A DNA stretch of 64,000 bases from Planctomycetota bacterium (GCA_024275565.1 JAJRYY010000009.1:636-64635), one strand, 5' to 3'; shown: positions 21,813 to 31,534, counted from the first letter of the stretch. Translations and numbers: made by a program. The notes: generated by a model not told the origin, from the letters alone.

Positions 21813-23783
21813 TTAGTTGCGAAGCTGGGCCAGGCGATTCACAAGCGACTGAACGGCGGGCCAATCATCCCGGGTCTCGATCGCATTGGCATAATTCGCG
21901 ATGGCCGTCGCCCGATGGGCAGGGTCTTCAAGGATGGCGAGCAGTTCGTGCGCCGCAGCGGCCTGCGCGGGGACCGTCCAACTCGTACCCAGTTCGCGGG
22001 CAGATCGCTCAAAATCAGAGGCAGCGGACCGTGCTTCTTCCATGGCAGACTCCCTTGCTTCGTCGCGACGCTCGGCAAAGACAGATGGGTCCGCCTCGGA
22101 CAATTGAAATGCCTCCTTCGCAAAGACAACAAGACTGTAGTCTGCAGATGCGTGGAGAAACCGTTTTGTATGCATGACAGCAAGAGCGACGCGGGCCTGG
22201 GCGAGTTCGTTGTTAATCTGACCGGTTCGCCACTTGTCCTTTGTGAGGTTTTTCAGAGGTGAGGCGTCCTGCTGTGCAGGGCTTGCGAGCGAGAGTCGAT
22301 CCTGAGCGGCTCGGGAGACATCACCCACCGCTCGAGCAGCTGTGCGATAGGCAGACACAGCCGAGGCGATTTTGCGTGCTGCGCTGTCCATGGATGCGTC
22401 GGCGTCTGTCACCCTCTGTTCGAATTCTGCGAAGGTTGAGGCTGCTTCCGATTGAAGCGACTGAGACTCTGATCTGGCGTCGCCTGCGCGGCGGGCATAC
22501 TCCTCAGCCAGCAGCTCAAAACCCTTCACCGCCGCTTCGAGATCACTCGCCTGCCGCTCCAGCCCTTCCAGATCGAATGCCAGTGTCTCGCGTTCGTCTC
22601 GATAGTCCTTGATCCCACGCTCACGACGAATCTCGACATCGTCGTCCACAGGGACATATTCCCCGGTCACAAAGTCGCCCGAATCATCAATACGGGCACC
22701 CGCCAGATGACCATGCTCAAGGCGATGGGCTTCAGCAAGGGCTGTCCGATACCGGACAGAGGCAGCCTCAAATGCATCCCGGAACGTTTCAAATCCGTCG
22801 GGGTCCAGCAAGTCGACGCCCTCCTCACTGAGTCGGTCCATCTCCCCGCGCGCGGCGTCAGCCCGGTTCTTCGCGTCCTTACTCTGCAGGGTCAATCCCG
22901 ATATGGCTGCGTCGAGCACCCGCAGGCGGTCGGCTGCATCTGTGATGTTCTGTCGCACAACCTCCACATCCGCCCGGAGTGTCTCAATCTTTTCGTGGAT
23001 CCCACTGTCCTGAACCAGATCACGCTGCGGGTCCACTTCCGCAATTCTCGCAGCCAACCGTACAAGACGACGACGATGTCCGTCAGCCATCGAACGGTCG
23101 AGATCAGCCTGCCGCTCGGCGGCTGTCGCCATTGCTACCACGATCGCACCTTTGAGTCGGTTGGCTTCTGCAGAAATACCATGCGCCTTCTCGAGGGTAT
23201 GATCGCGTAACCCCTGGTCGATTTCACGCAATGCCTCAGCCAAAATGCCCTTGTTCTGCTGAAACAGGCGGTCGCGGACGCGGATACCCTCACGGGCTGC
23301 GTTCGCCATCGACCCCGCATTGCCGCCCAGTTTCGTCGAAGGCGTCAACGGCTGGTCTGCCACACCACCTGCGGTTTTGAATCGCTCCTCAAGCTCACGA
23401 CGCGCGATGGCAGTGCGCCCCGAAAAACGATCCTTGAGCACCTCCTCAGCCTGCTCGATGAACTCGCGATGCTCCTCAAAAATCTCCTGCGCGTCATCCC
23501 CTTCGAGATTGACATCAACGTCGTATGCTGCAAGCTGCGACAGAATGCCGGATATACGCTCCTCGTTTGCACCATACTGCACCAGAAGTCGGCGAGCACG
23601 CTCGACACTCGCTGAAAGCTGAGCGGCGGCGGCATCGTCGGCGGGCGCGAGCAGCGGCGCCGCAAAATAGACACCGCCGACGATCAGAGGGACCAGTGCA
23701 GACATCAAGATTATGGAACCTGTTTTATTCACGTTGTATATCCTTGCAGCAACGTCCTTGTTCAAGGCAGCGCACGACATCAT
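21813..23783 (-). CDS. membrane-anchored long alpha-helical (coiled-coil-like) protein, unknown function
   Basis: 656-aa ORF. An N-terminal TM helix (IILMSALVPLIVGGVYFAAPLL) is followed by A/E/R/D-rich helical sequence. No family recognised. Confidence 0.6.
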   Translation of the reverse strand: MMSCAALNKDVAARIYNVNKTGSIILMSALVPLIVGGVYFAAPLLAPADDAAAAQLSASVERARRLLVQYGANEERISGILSQLAAYDVDVNLEGDDAQEIFEEHREFIEQAEEVLKDRFSGRTAIARRELEERFKTAGGVADQPLTPSTKLGGNAGSMANAAREGIRVRDRLFQQNKGILAEALREIDQGLRDHTLEKAHGISAEANRLKGAIVVAMATAAERQADLDRSMADGHRRRLVRLAARIAEVDPQRDLVQDSGIHEKIETLRADVEVVRQNITDAADRLRVLDAAISGLTLQSKDAKNRADAARGEMDRLSEEGVDLLDPDGFETFRDAFEAASVRYRTALAEAHRLEHGHLAGARIDDSGDFVTGEYVPVDDDVEIRRERGIKDYRDERETLAFDLEGLERQASDLEAAVKGFELLAEEYARRAGDARSESQSLQSEAASTFAEFEQRVTDADASMDSAARKIASAVSAYRTAARAVGDVSRAAQDRLSLASPAQQDASPLKNLTKDKWRTGQINNELAQARVALAVMHTKRFLHASADYSLVVFAKEAFQLSEADPSVFAERRDEARESAMEEARSAASDFERSARELGTSWTVPAQAAAAHELLAILEDPAHRATAIANYANAIETRDDWPAVQSLVNRLAQLRN

Positions 23784-23921
23784 CTCCGACCAGAACGCTC
23801 CAGTCCGTCCGAATACCAGTCGCGGATACTAATCGACGCGGCGGAGATTGAAAGGGGCGGGTGGACAACTGATGCTAGAATTGACGCTGAAAAACGACGA
23901 TTCCAACCCAAAATCCGGCAT

Positions 23922-25022
23922 TCAGCGGGGTCCTGTGTAGGCAGCACCGAATGACGCGAAATCTGAAAGGGTCGTCGCACCATCCCCGTCCGCATCGAAC
24001 GGACGACAGTCTACCGATACATCGCCCCCCATGCACAACTGAAATATCGCAAAATCGCCGAAATCAATATCCCCGTCGTCATTCGCATCGCCATAAAGCG
24101 AAACGTCAGCCTGTTCCGCAACATAGCCAGCCACCGACCGCAGCAGATCCTTCAGCATGTCGAAGTCAATGTAATCCGGGGAGACATCGATCGCGTCGTT
24201 TTGCGTATGGTAAAACCCGTTGCACAGATAACATCGCTCGATGACAACAAAAGCCGGTATCCCGACCGACTCGAACGACCAGTGATCCGAAAATGAAAAA
24301 TTACCGAAATTCAAAAACGCCGACAGACCGTTTCCATAAGTGTCGATCGCCGTTGCGATACCATTTGCAGCAGCAGCGGACGCATTCTTGCTGTAAATAT
24401 CCATCCCATAAGCACCGCTGTTATGCCCCACCATGTCAGTCGTCACAGCCAGCACGATATTCGCATCGGCGTGATCCGCAACAAACGCAACACTGCCCCG
24501 CTTGCCCTGCTCCTCACGATCGAAGCAGACGAATTTGATCGTGCGCGCACTCCGCATCCCGGAAAACAACCGGGCCGTCTCCATAACCACAGCCGACCCC
24601 GATCCATTATCATCTGCTCCAGGATTGTTGGCCGAATCAAAATGTGCACCCACGACAATGATCTCGTCGGGATGCTCGTAGCCCGTCAGCGTCGCAACAA
24701 CGTTGTGGTAGGTCGTCCCGTTATATTGGAAGGGGTCAAGCTCCGCATCGAAACCATACAGCATGAAATCCGCCAGAATATTGTCGCGGGCGAGGTCGTG
24801 CTCAGGACCAAATCCACGGTTGTCACCAAGGCGCGTATACAGCAGATCCTCCATGCAGTGTCGGTAATGACCAATATCGACCCGATCGGCAATCACTCCG
24901 GGAGGAGCTCCGGCATTGGCAGAAGTTGTGATGACCGAAAGAACGCAATGGGATGACACGATAAGAACTGAAAGACCCTGTCGATTACGGCCCTGTCGAT
25001 TAATGCTCTGTCGAAAATTCAT
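23922..25022 (-). CDS. M28-family aminopeptidase with C-terminal dockerin/EF-hand-like tag
   Basis: Zn-ligand region VGAHFDSANNPGADDNGSGSAVV. C-terminus GDANDDGDIDFGDFAIFQLC...FDADGDGATTLSDFASFGAAYTGPR. The start is set at MNFRQ (25022), ahead of the signal-like segment. Confidence 0.8.
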   Translation of the reverse strand: MNFRQSINRQGRNRQGLSVLIVSSHCVLSVITTSANAGAPPGVIADRVDIGHYRHCMEDLLYTRLGDNRGFGPEHDLARDNILADFMLYGFDAELDPFQYNGTTYHNVVATLTGYEHPDEIIVVGAHFDSANNPGADDNGSGSAVVMETARLFSGMRSARTIKFVCFDREEQGKRGSVAFVADHADANIVLAVTTDMVGHNSGAYGMDIYSKNASAAAANGIATAIDTYGNGLSAFLNFGNFSFSDHWSFESVGIPAFVVIERCYLCNGFYHTQNDAIDVSPDYIDFDMLKDLLRSVAGYVAEQADVSLYGDANDDGDIDFGDFAIFQLCMGGDVSVDCRPFDADGDGATTLSDFASFGAAYTGPR

Positions 25023-25320
25023 GATATTGCTCGCACAGATGTACCTCGACCCGGCAGTTTTAGACTGCACTTTCAGGCTGCACCGGATCATTGATCCACA
25101 CGTCCATGATACCACGCCTCCAACACCTCCTTCAAGCACAATCGGCCCGAAAATACGCCTTCCCCTGACTTAATCCAGATCGCGCCGATCCATCGGAATT
25201 TCGGTCGTTCCGCCCTGATGCTGATTGGGTCCGATCTTGTCCCATCGCGCTCTGAGACTGAAGCGGATTGACATTCGTAACCGGATGACCCATCCTTGAT
25301 CCATGTAGCCAAGCCGCAGG

Positions 25321-25480
25321 GTGCCACTGGCGGCTTGCCCGCCAGTGCTTACGCAGGGTGCCGGGCCGTGTGGCCCACCTCTTCAGAGGTGGGGGAGCCG
25401 AAGATCAACCGAACATCCCCCAAGACCGCGTAAATCAATAGCAAAGCGCCGCGTGCCACTGGCGGCTTGTTCACCAGTGC
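25321..25480. repeat. composite REP-like element: two GTGCCACTGGCGG-CTTG-xCCGCCAGTG hairpins flanking a GTGGCCCAxxTCTTCAGAxxTGGGGGAGCCGAAGA module
   Basis: Hairpins at 25321-25348 and 25453-25480, with the central module at 25368-25411. The same modules recur at 46604-46792. Confidence 0.7.
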
Positions 25481-25506
25481 TTTTCCAACAGCGAAGCATA
25501 AACACA

Positions 25507-26349
25507 TCACCCCCCAAACACCCCCTGAAACCCCGCAAAATCAACAAGATCAACATCGCCATCACCATCCATATCCGCCCACCGACACCCCGGCCCAGCG
25601 TCGATACTGATCCCGCTGTTCCTGCTGCACTCTTCAAAGTACCGCCAGTCCCGAAGCCCAACCCCATCCGCACTATCGAAATCCCCACTGCCGTCCACAG
25701 CAATATCCCCATAACGAATGCAATCCCACCGGTTGAAGGCAGGCATTTGCCAAGACTTACCACGCCAAGTAATTCGGGGACCGTTGGATGGAAATGCGCC
25801 TTCAGCTATACCATTCGTAACCAACTCTCCATCAATGTACCACCAGAAAAGATTGATCGGCCCGTTAACCAGTTCAAGACGATGAACATGCGGGACACCG
25901 GCCTCAAAATCAGCGAACACAATTGGAAGCAGGTTGTCACGATTCAACTTTGCTCGATCGCGGGCGACAAAAAAAGTGTACCTGATCCCAAACGAGTTTC
26001 CGACAGCCATTGCGGTCGGAGCACCAGCTACAATTTCGGATGCATCTCCGTTCGCTTCGACCTTCCACTCCAGGAAAAAGGAAGGCCCCCCAACGAAATC
26101 GTCAAGTGTACGGCGATAAGAATCGTGTCCCCCTTGTTCTTTGCCAGGGCATTCAACCATATCAAGCTGCTGGATGTACTGTCCATCCTCAACCCAGAGA
26201 ATGGGTACGCAAAATTGTTGCAACAACCCCCAACCCCCCGCAACAGGAAAGGAATCACATTCCCAGGTGAACACCTCCCCGCGCGCAATCGCCGCCGAAA
26301 TCAGCACACATCCTGCCATCACTGCCTTGCTTACCATTGCTCTCAACAT
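25507..26349 (-). CDS. secreted protein of unknown function with a single C-terminal dockerin/EF-hand-like segment
   Basis: Signal peptide present. C-terminus CRWADMDGDGDVDLVDFAGFQGVFGG. Confidence 0.7.
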   Translation of the reverse strand: MLRAMVSKAVMAGCVLISAAIARGEVFTWECDSFPVAGGWGLLQQFCVPILWVEDGQYIQQLDMVECPGKEQGGHDSYRRTLDDFVGGPSFFLEWKVEANGDASEIVAGAPTAMAVGNSFGIRYTFFVARDRAKLNRDNLLPIVFADFEAGVPHVHRLELVNGPINLFWWYIDGELVTNGIAEGAFPSNGPRITWRGKSWQMPAFNRWDCIRYGDIAVDGSGDFDSADGVGLRDWRYFEECSRNSGISIDAGPGCRWADMDGDGDVDLVDFAGFQGVFGG

Positions 26350-26899
26350 ACCATCTCACACCTGCACATCGATTCACACCAACACACGTTCCAACCAGCA
26401 CTATAGAAAATCCAGCACCGTAAAAGATACCCAATGACATCAGATTCCCACGATCAGCCGCCAACAAACACCGGCAACCACTGGCTAACAAAGAGCTTAC
26501 GAATATCTTACTTTTTCCTAACTTTTTACTGGACAACTCCTGCTGCATGGTGTATACTAAATAATGACGGAATGGGGGTGGGTAATAGCACATGGGGACA
26601 AGTACATGGGGACCAAAGATAAAGGGGGGGCAACCAGATGAGGGGATACCTGAAAGCTGCAACACCACAAAACTGCAATATCATCGCCAGCTCTGGGATG
26701 TACACGCCCATAATTCCGCGACACCCACCCGACACTGCGACACCCGTCCGACACAGGGAGGCTTGATTTCCACAATTGCGACACCTTCAACCACAGGAGC
26801 AGTACCCAACTACCATCAGGAGCAGCACCCATATGAAGCAGGAATTGACGGATTGCGGTGGCGAGCGAATAAGCAGCCCCGGGTAGTTTCGCACACGGC

Positions 26900-27060
26900 A
26901 AGTCATTATGATCGGTGACTATGTTCGTATAAGTCATGTTCGCGCAAGTCATGTTCGCATAAGTCATATTCGTACAAGTCATGTTCGAAAAGTCAGGCAC
27001 GGAGAAACCATGTCCGGGGAAGTCAATCCCCGGCAGACGGGCTTTTGAGTCAAAAAGTCA
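26900..27060. repeat. array of nine AAGTCA/GAGTCA hexamers, five within a 15-bp tandem repeat, upstream of the FG-GAP gene
   Basis: AAGTCA occurs at 26900, 26931, 26946, 26961, 26976, 26990, 27020 and 27055, and GAGTCA at 27047. The repeat unit is aagtcatgttcgcNN. Confidence 0.8.
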
Positions 27061-27077
27061 AGCGGCAAGGAGCGACG

Positions 27078-28790
27078 ATGTCTTCAGTTTATCGGAATAT
27101 GTACGTTTTTGTGTGTATGGTGTCGATGTTGAGCGGGGCGGGTTCCGCCATGGGGCAGCAGTTCGTTGAGAGTACGAATGCACGCCTGCCAGCCGCTTCC
27201 CCACTGGAATACTCCGAGCAGGTGGACATGGCCGACATCGATGGCGATGGCGATATGGACATGCTCTTCGCCAACGGCCGCGGGTTCAGCAGCCCACAAC
27301 AGCAGCAGCGCAACCGCCTCTATATCAACGATGGCAACGGATTCTTCGTCGATGAAACGTCGCTGCGCTTACCGACCACCCTTCTGGGATACACGCGGGA
27401 CGTCGAATTCGGCGATGTGGACGGCGATGGCGATATGGACCTCCTCATCGTCAACACGTTCAACACGCAATCCTGGTTGTTGATCAACGACGGATCTGGC
27501 TTCTTCACCCACGACTCCGCCGCACTGCCGACCTCCAGTTTCAGCGGTTCAGACGGCGATTTCGGCGATGTGGACAACGATGGCGATCTGGACATCATCT
27601 TCACGAACTCCGGAACATCAGCCTTCGGAACCGGCATTGACAAGCTGTACATCAACGATGGAACGGGGTTGTTTTCGGACGAAACCGGTACGAGGCTTCC
27701 GGGCGTGGGCGTCGCGCAGAGCATTGATTGCGATTTTGCGGATATCGACGGCGACCTCGATCTGGACCTGATTATGGGACATCGCGACGGTCGATCTCAG
27801 CTTTGGCGAAACGACGGAGCCGGTTTCTATACCGACATCACCCTCAGCAACCTCCCCAACGATGGCAGCGGAACATATTCAGTGGACCCGGGCGATATCG
27901 ATGGCGATGGCGATCTGGACCTGATGGTCGTTCGCGGCAGTACGGATCGGGCATTCCGCAACGATGGTACGGGTGATTTTTTCAATGTGACTGCGGCTGT
28001 CCTGCCGAGCAACCCATTTCAGGATGACAACGACGGCGACTTTTTCGACCTCGATAACGATGGCGACCTCGACTACATCATCGCCCGCCTCGGCAGCGGT
28101 GGCGAGCGGGTGTATGTCAACAACAACGGCGTCCTGCAACTGACCCCGGGCATGATTACAGTGATATCGGACTCAACGCTGGACGTGGAAATCGGCGACC
28201 TCAACAACGATGGTCGCCTGGATGTTGTGACCGCCCAGGGCGAATCCGGAAGCTTCAGAAACCGCATCTACATGAGCAGTGGCCCCATCGACACGCTCGC
28301 ACCCGTGACAGCCCAACTGGACGATCTAGCGGATACGGACGATTCGACTGGTCCCTATGTGGTGCGGGCAGCGATCCGCGACGGGATGACGGGCGATAAC
28401 AATTTCCACGATCGCGGCATCCAACTGCTTTACAGCGTTGGAAACGGATCGCCCCAGACCGTCCCGATGGTCTGGTCCGGCGGCGACCTCTATCGCGGCG
28501 AAATTCCAGGACTGGCCGCTGGTTCCATGGTCGCCTACTCCGTCATGGCCATGGACTGGGCTGGCAACCTTGGCATTTCCTCTGAGATGACATTCGCGGT
28601 CACGGGCGGAATCCTCGGCGATGGCGACGGCGACGGCGATGTCGATTTGAGTGATCTGGGCAGCTATTTCGACTGCGTCGGCACCTCACTGGTGGGGGGC
28701 GACAGTTGTGCTTCGTTCGATTTCGACGGCAACCAGAACGTGGATTTCGCCGATTTTGGATCCCTCCAGCAAGCCTTCACCGGCAGTTAG
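27078..28790 (+). CDS. FG-GAP/VCBS-repeat (integrin-alpha-like beta-propeller) secreted protein with C-terminal dockerin/EF-hand-like tag
   Basis: Repeated D(I/V)DGDGD(M/L)D(L/M) Ca-binding loops. The start is set at the ATG at 27078, which has an AAGGAG Shine-Dalgarno. C-terminus GDGDGDGDVDLSDLGSYFDC...FDFDGNQNVDFADFGSLQQAFTGS. Confidence 0.85.
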   Translation: MSSVYRNMYVFVCMVSMLSGAGSAMGQQFVESTNARLPAASPLEYSEQVDMADIDGDGDMDMLFANGRGFSSPQQQQRNRLYINDGNGFFVDETSLRLPTTLLGYTRDVEFGDVDGDGDMDLLIVNTFNTQSWLLINDGSGFFTHDSAALPTSSFSGSDGDFGDVDNDGDLDIIFTNSGTSAFGTGIDKLYINDGTGLFSDETGTRLPGVGVAQSIDCDFADIDGDLDLDLIMGHRDGRSQLWRNDGAGFYTDITLSNLPNDGSGTYSVDPGDIDGDGDLDLMVVRGSTDRAFRNDGTGDFFNVTAAVLPSNPFQDDNDGDFFDLDNDGDLDYIIARLGSGGERVYVNNNGVLQLTPGMITVISDSTLDVEIGDLNNDGRLDVVTAQGESGSFRNRIYMSSGPIDTLAPVTAQLDDLADTDDSTGPYVVRAAIRDGMTGDNNFHDRGIQLLYSVGNGSPQTVPMVWSGGDLYRGEIPGLAAGSMVAYSVMAMDWAGNLGISSEMTFAVTGGILGDGDGDGDVDLSDLGSYFDCVGTSLVGGDSCASFDFDGNQNVDFADFGSLQQAFTGS

Positions 28791-28964
28791 TGGCGTGTTC
28801 GCCAGAATGCTCGAGCAGCATGCGTACGGAATCATCAGCCACTGCATTGGTTTTCATCCCGGCGATCTCCTTGTACAAACAGTCCGCACCGATCATAGTA
28901 AGCGGCGGTCAAGCGCTACAACATCAGACACCATTGCTACAACATCGGACACCATAACCAAACA

Positions 28965-30509
28965 ATGCACCTATACATCATCGCAGCCTACGCCCTACTC
29001 ATCTGGTGGTCCCAGGAACGTCCGTTCCAACCCCCTGTTGACAATACCTCGTGGACCTTTGTCATCATCGCAGGCCAGGTCGCCGCGCTGTGGGTTCTCG
29101 CACGGATGCTGATGAAGCTCACCCTTAGAAGGCTTGACTCCAGCCAACGGGACCCTGCCTGGGTACAACACGCCAACCACCGTCATATCCTGGTCCTCAG
29201 GGCGATCGTCCTGGCTGGTTTCGCTGTAGACCTCACGCTCACTAACTGGATCGACATCGTCACCAACATCCCCCTGCCCTTTTTTGTACCCGGACTCACC
29301 GGCCTGTTCACCATCACCCCGTTCCTGATCGGAACCATCCTCGTCCTGACCGCCTCTTACCCGGTAGACCGCGCCATTCGGCTTCGTGTGGCTGACACAG
29401 CTCCCTGGGAAACGCATGACCCCGTCTGGAGCCTCAAAACATACCTCGAATTCCACATCCGCCACTCACTGCTCACCGTCGTCATCCCCACAACACTCAT
29501 CCTAATCTGCTATGATCTCGCGACCCATTTTGAAAAAACGCTCGTCCAGTGGTTTCGCATCCCCTACGCCACCGACCTGCTCCTCGGCGCGTCTGCCTGC
29601 GGCGTTTTCCTCATCGCACCGTGGATCCTGAAGCACGTCTGGCCGACCGAACCCCTCCCCGATGGACCGCTTCGCCGGGAACTCGAACTCATGTGCAAAC
29701 GGGTCAACCTGAACTGCCGCGACATCCTCGTCTGGAAGAGCGGCGGGATGACCGTCAATGCGGCGGTCATGGGATTGCTGCCACAAATCAGATATGTCAT
29801 GCTATCGGACGGACTGCTTAGCTCCATGCCAGACAAACAGGTCGAAGCAGTGTTTGGCCACGAAGCAGGACACGTCAAACACCGACACATCCAGTTCTTC
29901 CTCTTATTCGCATTCGCCAGCATGTTGATCGCCGCCGGTTTCGTGGAGATTCTGTATCGTCACGCGCGACAACCGGATGCCTGGGTGCGCCTGTCCCTTG
30001 CAGAAATCCAGGCTATGGGTTTCGCATTCATCATGGCGATCTGGGCGGGAGCGTTCGGTTTTATCAGCCGGCGATTCGAGCGTCAGGCAGACCTCTTCGG
30101 AGCACGTTGCGTCACGCCGGTATCGAACAATGAGTGCAAAGTCCCGTGCGGAATCCACGCGGACGACGATGCAAACAACCATGAAATCAGTGCGGAAAAG
30201 GAAACATCCCGCCCTCAGTCTGATCCAATGGGGGGTCTCTGTGCTACCGGGGCGGGAATCTTCAACGATGCCCTCCACCGCGTCGCTCAACTCAATGGCA
30301 TTCCACTCGATGAACCAAGCTGGCGGCATTCATCCCTCGCAAACCGCATCGATTCGCTCACCCGACTCGCATCCGACCCCAACAGCCTCACCAGATTTGA
30401 GAAGGTCATCCGACACATCAAGCAGGCGATCCTCATCGTCTGCGTTGTCGGAACCGCAATATCCCTCTACTATATCCGTATTGACTACCTGAACGCCGCG
30501 TCCAATTAG
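28965..30509 (+). CDS. M48-family integral-membrane zinc metalloprotease
   Basis: Multiple TM helices and an HExxH motif (FGHEAGHVKHRH). Confidence 0.8.
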   Translation: MHLYIIAAYALLIWWSQERPFQPPVDNTSWTFVIIAGQVAALWVLARMLMKLTLRRLDSSQRDPAWVQHANHRHILVLRAIVLAGFAVDLTLTNWIDIVTNIPLPFFVPGLTGLFTITPFLIGTILVLTASYPVDRAIRLRVADTAPWETHDPVWSLKTYLEFHIRHSLLTVVIPTTLILICYDLATHFEKTLVQWFRIPYATDLLLGASACGVFLIAPWILKHVWPTEPLPDGPLRRELELMCKRVNLNCRDILVWKSGGMTVNAAVMGLLPQIRYVMLSDGLLSSMPDKQVEAVFGHEAGHVKHRHIQFFLLFAFASMLIAAGFVEILYRHARQPDAWVRLSLAEIQAMGFAFIMAIWAGAFGFISRRFERQADLFGARCVTPVSNNECKVPCGIHADDDANNHEISAEKETSRPQSDPMGGLCATGAGIFNDALHRVAQLNGIPLDEPSWRHSSLANRIDSLTRLASDPNSLTRFEKVIRHIKQAILIVCVVGTAISLYYIRIDYLNAASN

Positions 30510-30533
30510 GCGATAAACCGCGATAGACACATC

Positions 30534-31427
30534 ATGAAAGGAACGCCCTTGAGCGCGCGGAGTATTGACGGAATCGCAATCGCACGAAGCATCAAAGCAC
30601 AGACCTCCCAGCGCGTACGCGAACTCGGAGAACAAGGTCACATCGTCCAGCTAGACGCCGTCATGGTCGGAGACCCATCAGCCGGAGCGATTTATGCCCG
30701 ATCCCAGCAGTCTCAATGTGGCCAGGTTGGCATCAAATATCGACTCCACACCCTTGCTCCGGAAGCCACGCAGGAGGACCTCCGGGCGGAACTCCACCGA
30801 CTCAATACCGACCCGACCGTCACCGGTATTCTGCTGAACCTCCCGCTGCCGAGCGGTATCGACACGCCAGTTGCCCAATACGAAATCGACCCGTACAAGG
30901 ATGTCGAAGGCGTCAATCCGGCGAATATCGGTCTGCTTTTCTACGACAACCCGATCATCGCACCCTGCACCGCATTGGCTGTCATGGAAATCCTCCGCTC
31001 AGTGGACTGCTGCCCCAGAGGAATGAACGCCGTCGTGGTTGGGCAGGGCGCCATCGCCGGACGCCCGATCGCCCTGTTCCTGCAGCACGAACTCGCCACC
31101 GTCACCACCTGCCAGATCGAAACACGCGACATCGCCGAACACACGAGACAGGCAGACATCCTCATCGTCGCCGTCGGAAAGCCAGACCTGATCCGGGCGG
31201 AGCATGTCAAGGAAGGTGCGGTTGTCATCGATGTGGGCATCAACCGCGTCAAGGAAAACGGGACCACGAAAACCGTCGGCGACGTCCGCTACGAGGAGGT
31301 GTCTGAGGTCGCTTCTGCCATCACACCCGTCCCCGGAGGCGTCGGACCCGTCACCGTCGCCATGCTCCTCCGCAGCGCCTCAGACGCTGCCTTCAACCAG
31401 CTGGGTCCAAGACGTATCAATCCCTGA
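30534..31427 (+). CDS. folD: bifunctional methylenetetrahydrofolate dehydrogenase / methenyl-THF cyclohydrolase
   Basis: 297 aa with full-length FolD similarity (GILLNLPLP, VVVGQGAIAGRPIA, PVPGGVGPVTVAML). Confidence 0.95.
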   Translation: MKGTPLSARSIDGIAIARSIKAQTSQRVRELGEQGHIVQLDAVMVGDPSAGAIYARSQQSQCGQVGIKYRLHTLAPEATQEDLRAELHRLNTDPTVTGILLNLPLPSGIDTPVAQYEIDPYKDVEGVNPANIGLLFYDNPIIAPCTALAVMEILRSVDCCPRGMNAVVVGQGAIAGRPIALFLQHELATVTTCQIETRDIAEHTRQADILIVAVGKPDLIRAEHVKEGAVVIDVGINRVKENGTTKTVGDVRYEEVSEVASAITPVPGGVGPVTVAMLLRSASDAAFNQLGPRRINP

Positions 31428-31462
31428 AGCCCCTCCGCCCCTACAACAGTACAAATTGGCTG

Positions 31463-31491
31463 TTGACATCACATCCTGTTTGCAATATATT
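31463..31491 (+). promoter_or_regulatory. near-consensus sigma-70 promoter upstream of the Fur-family gene
   Basis: TTGACA (31463-31468), a 17-nt spacer, then TATATT (31486-31491). Confidence 0.6.
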
Positions 31492-31534
31492 ACCATTTAG
31501 CATGGATACGCAACACACCAACCACCAGTAAGCC

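Noticed and set aside
26557-27000. A 147-aa minus-strand ORF beginning MPDFSNMTCTNMTYANMTCANMTYTN in the divergent spacer.
   Set aside because: Its N-terminus is just the translation of the 15-bp AAGTCA tandem repeat. The remainder has no protein-like features, and the region is better explained as regulatory or repeat DNA.
31502-31531. A 9-codon upstream ORF (MDTQHTNHQ) just before the Fur-family gene, considered as a leader peptide.
   Set aside because: It has no Shine-Dalgarno sequence. It would begin only ~3 nt downstream of the predicted transcription start, and there is no attenuator-like structure.
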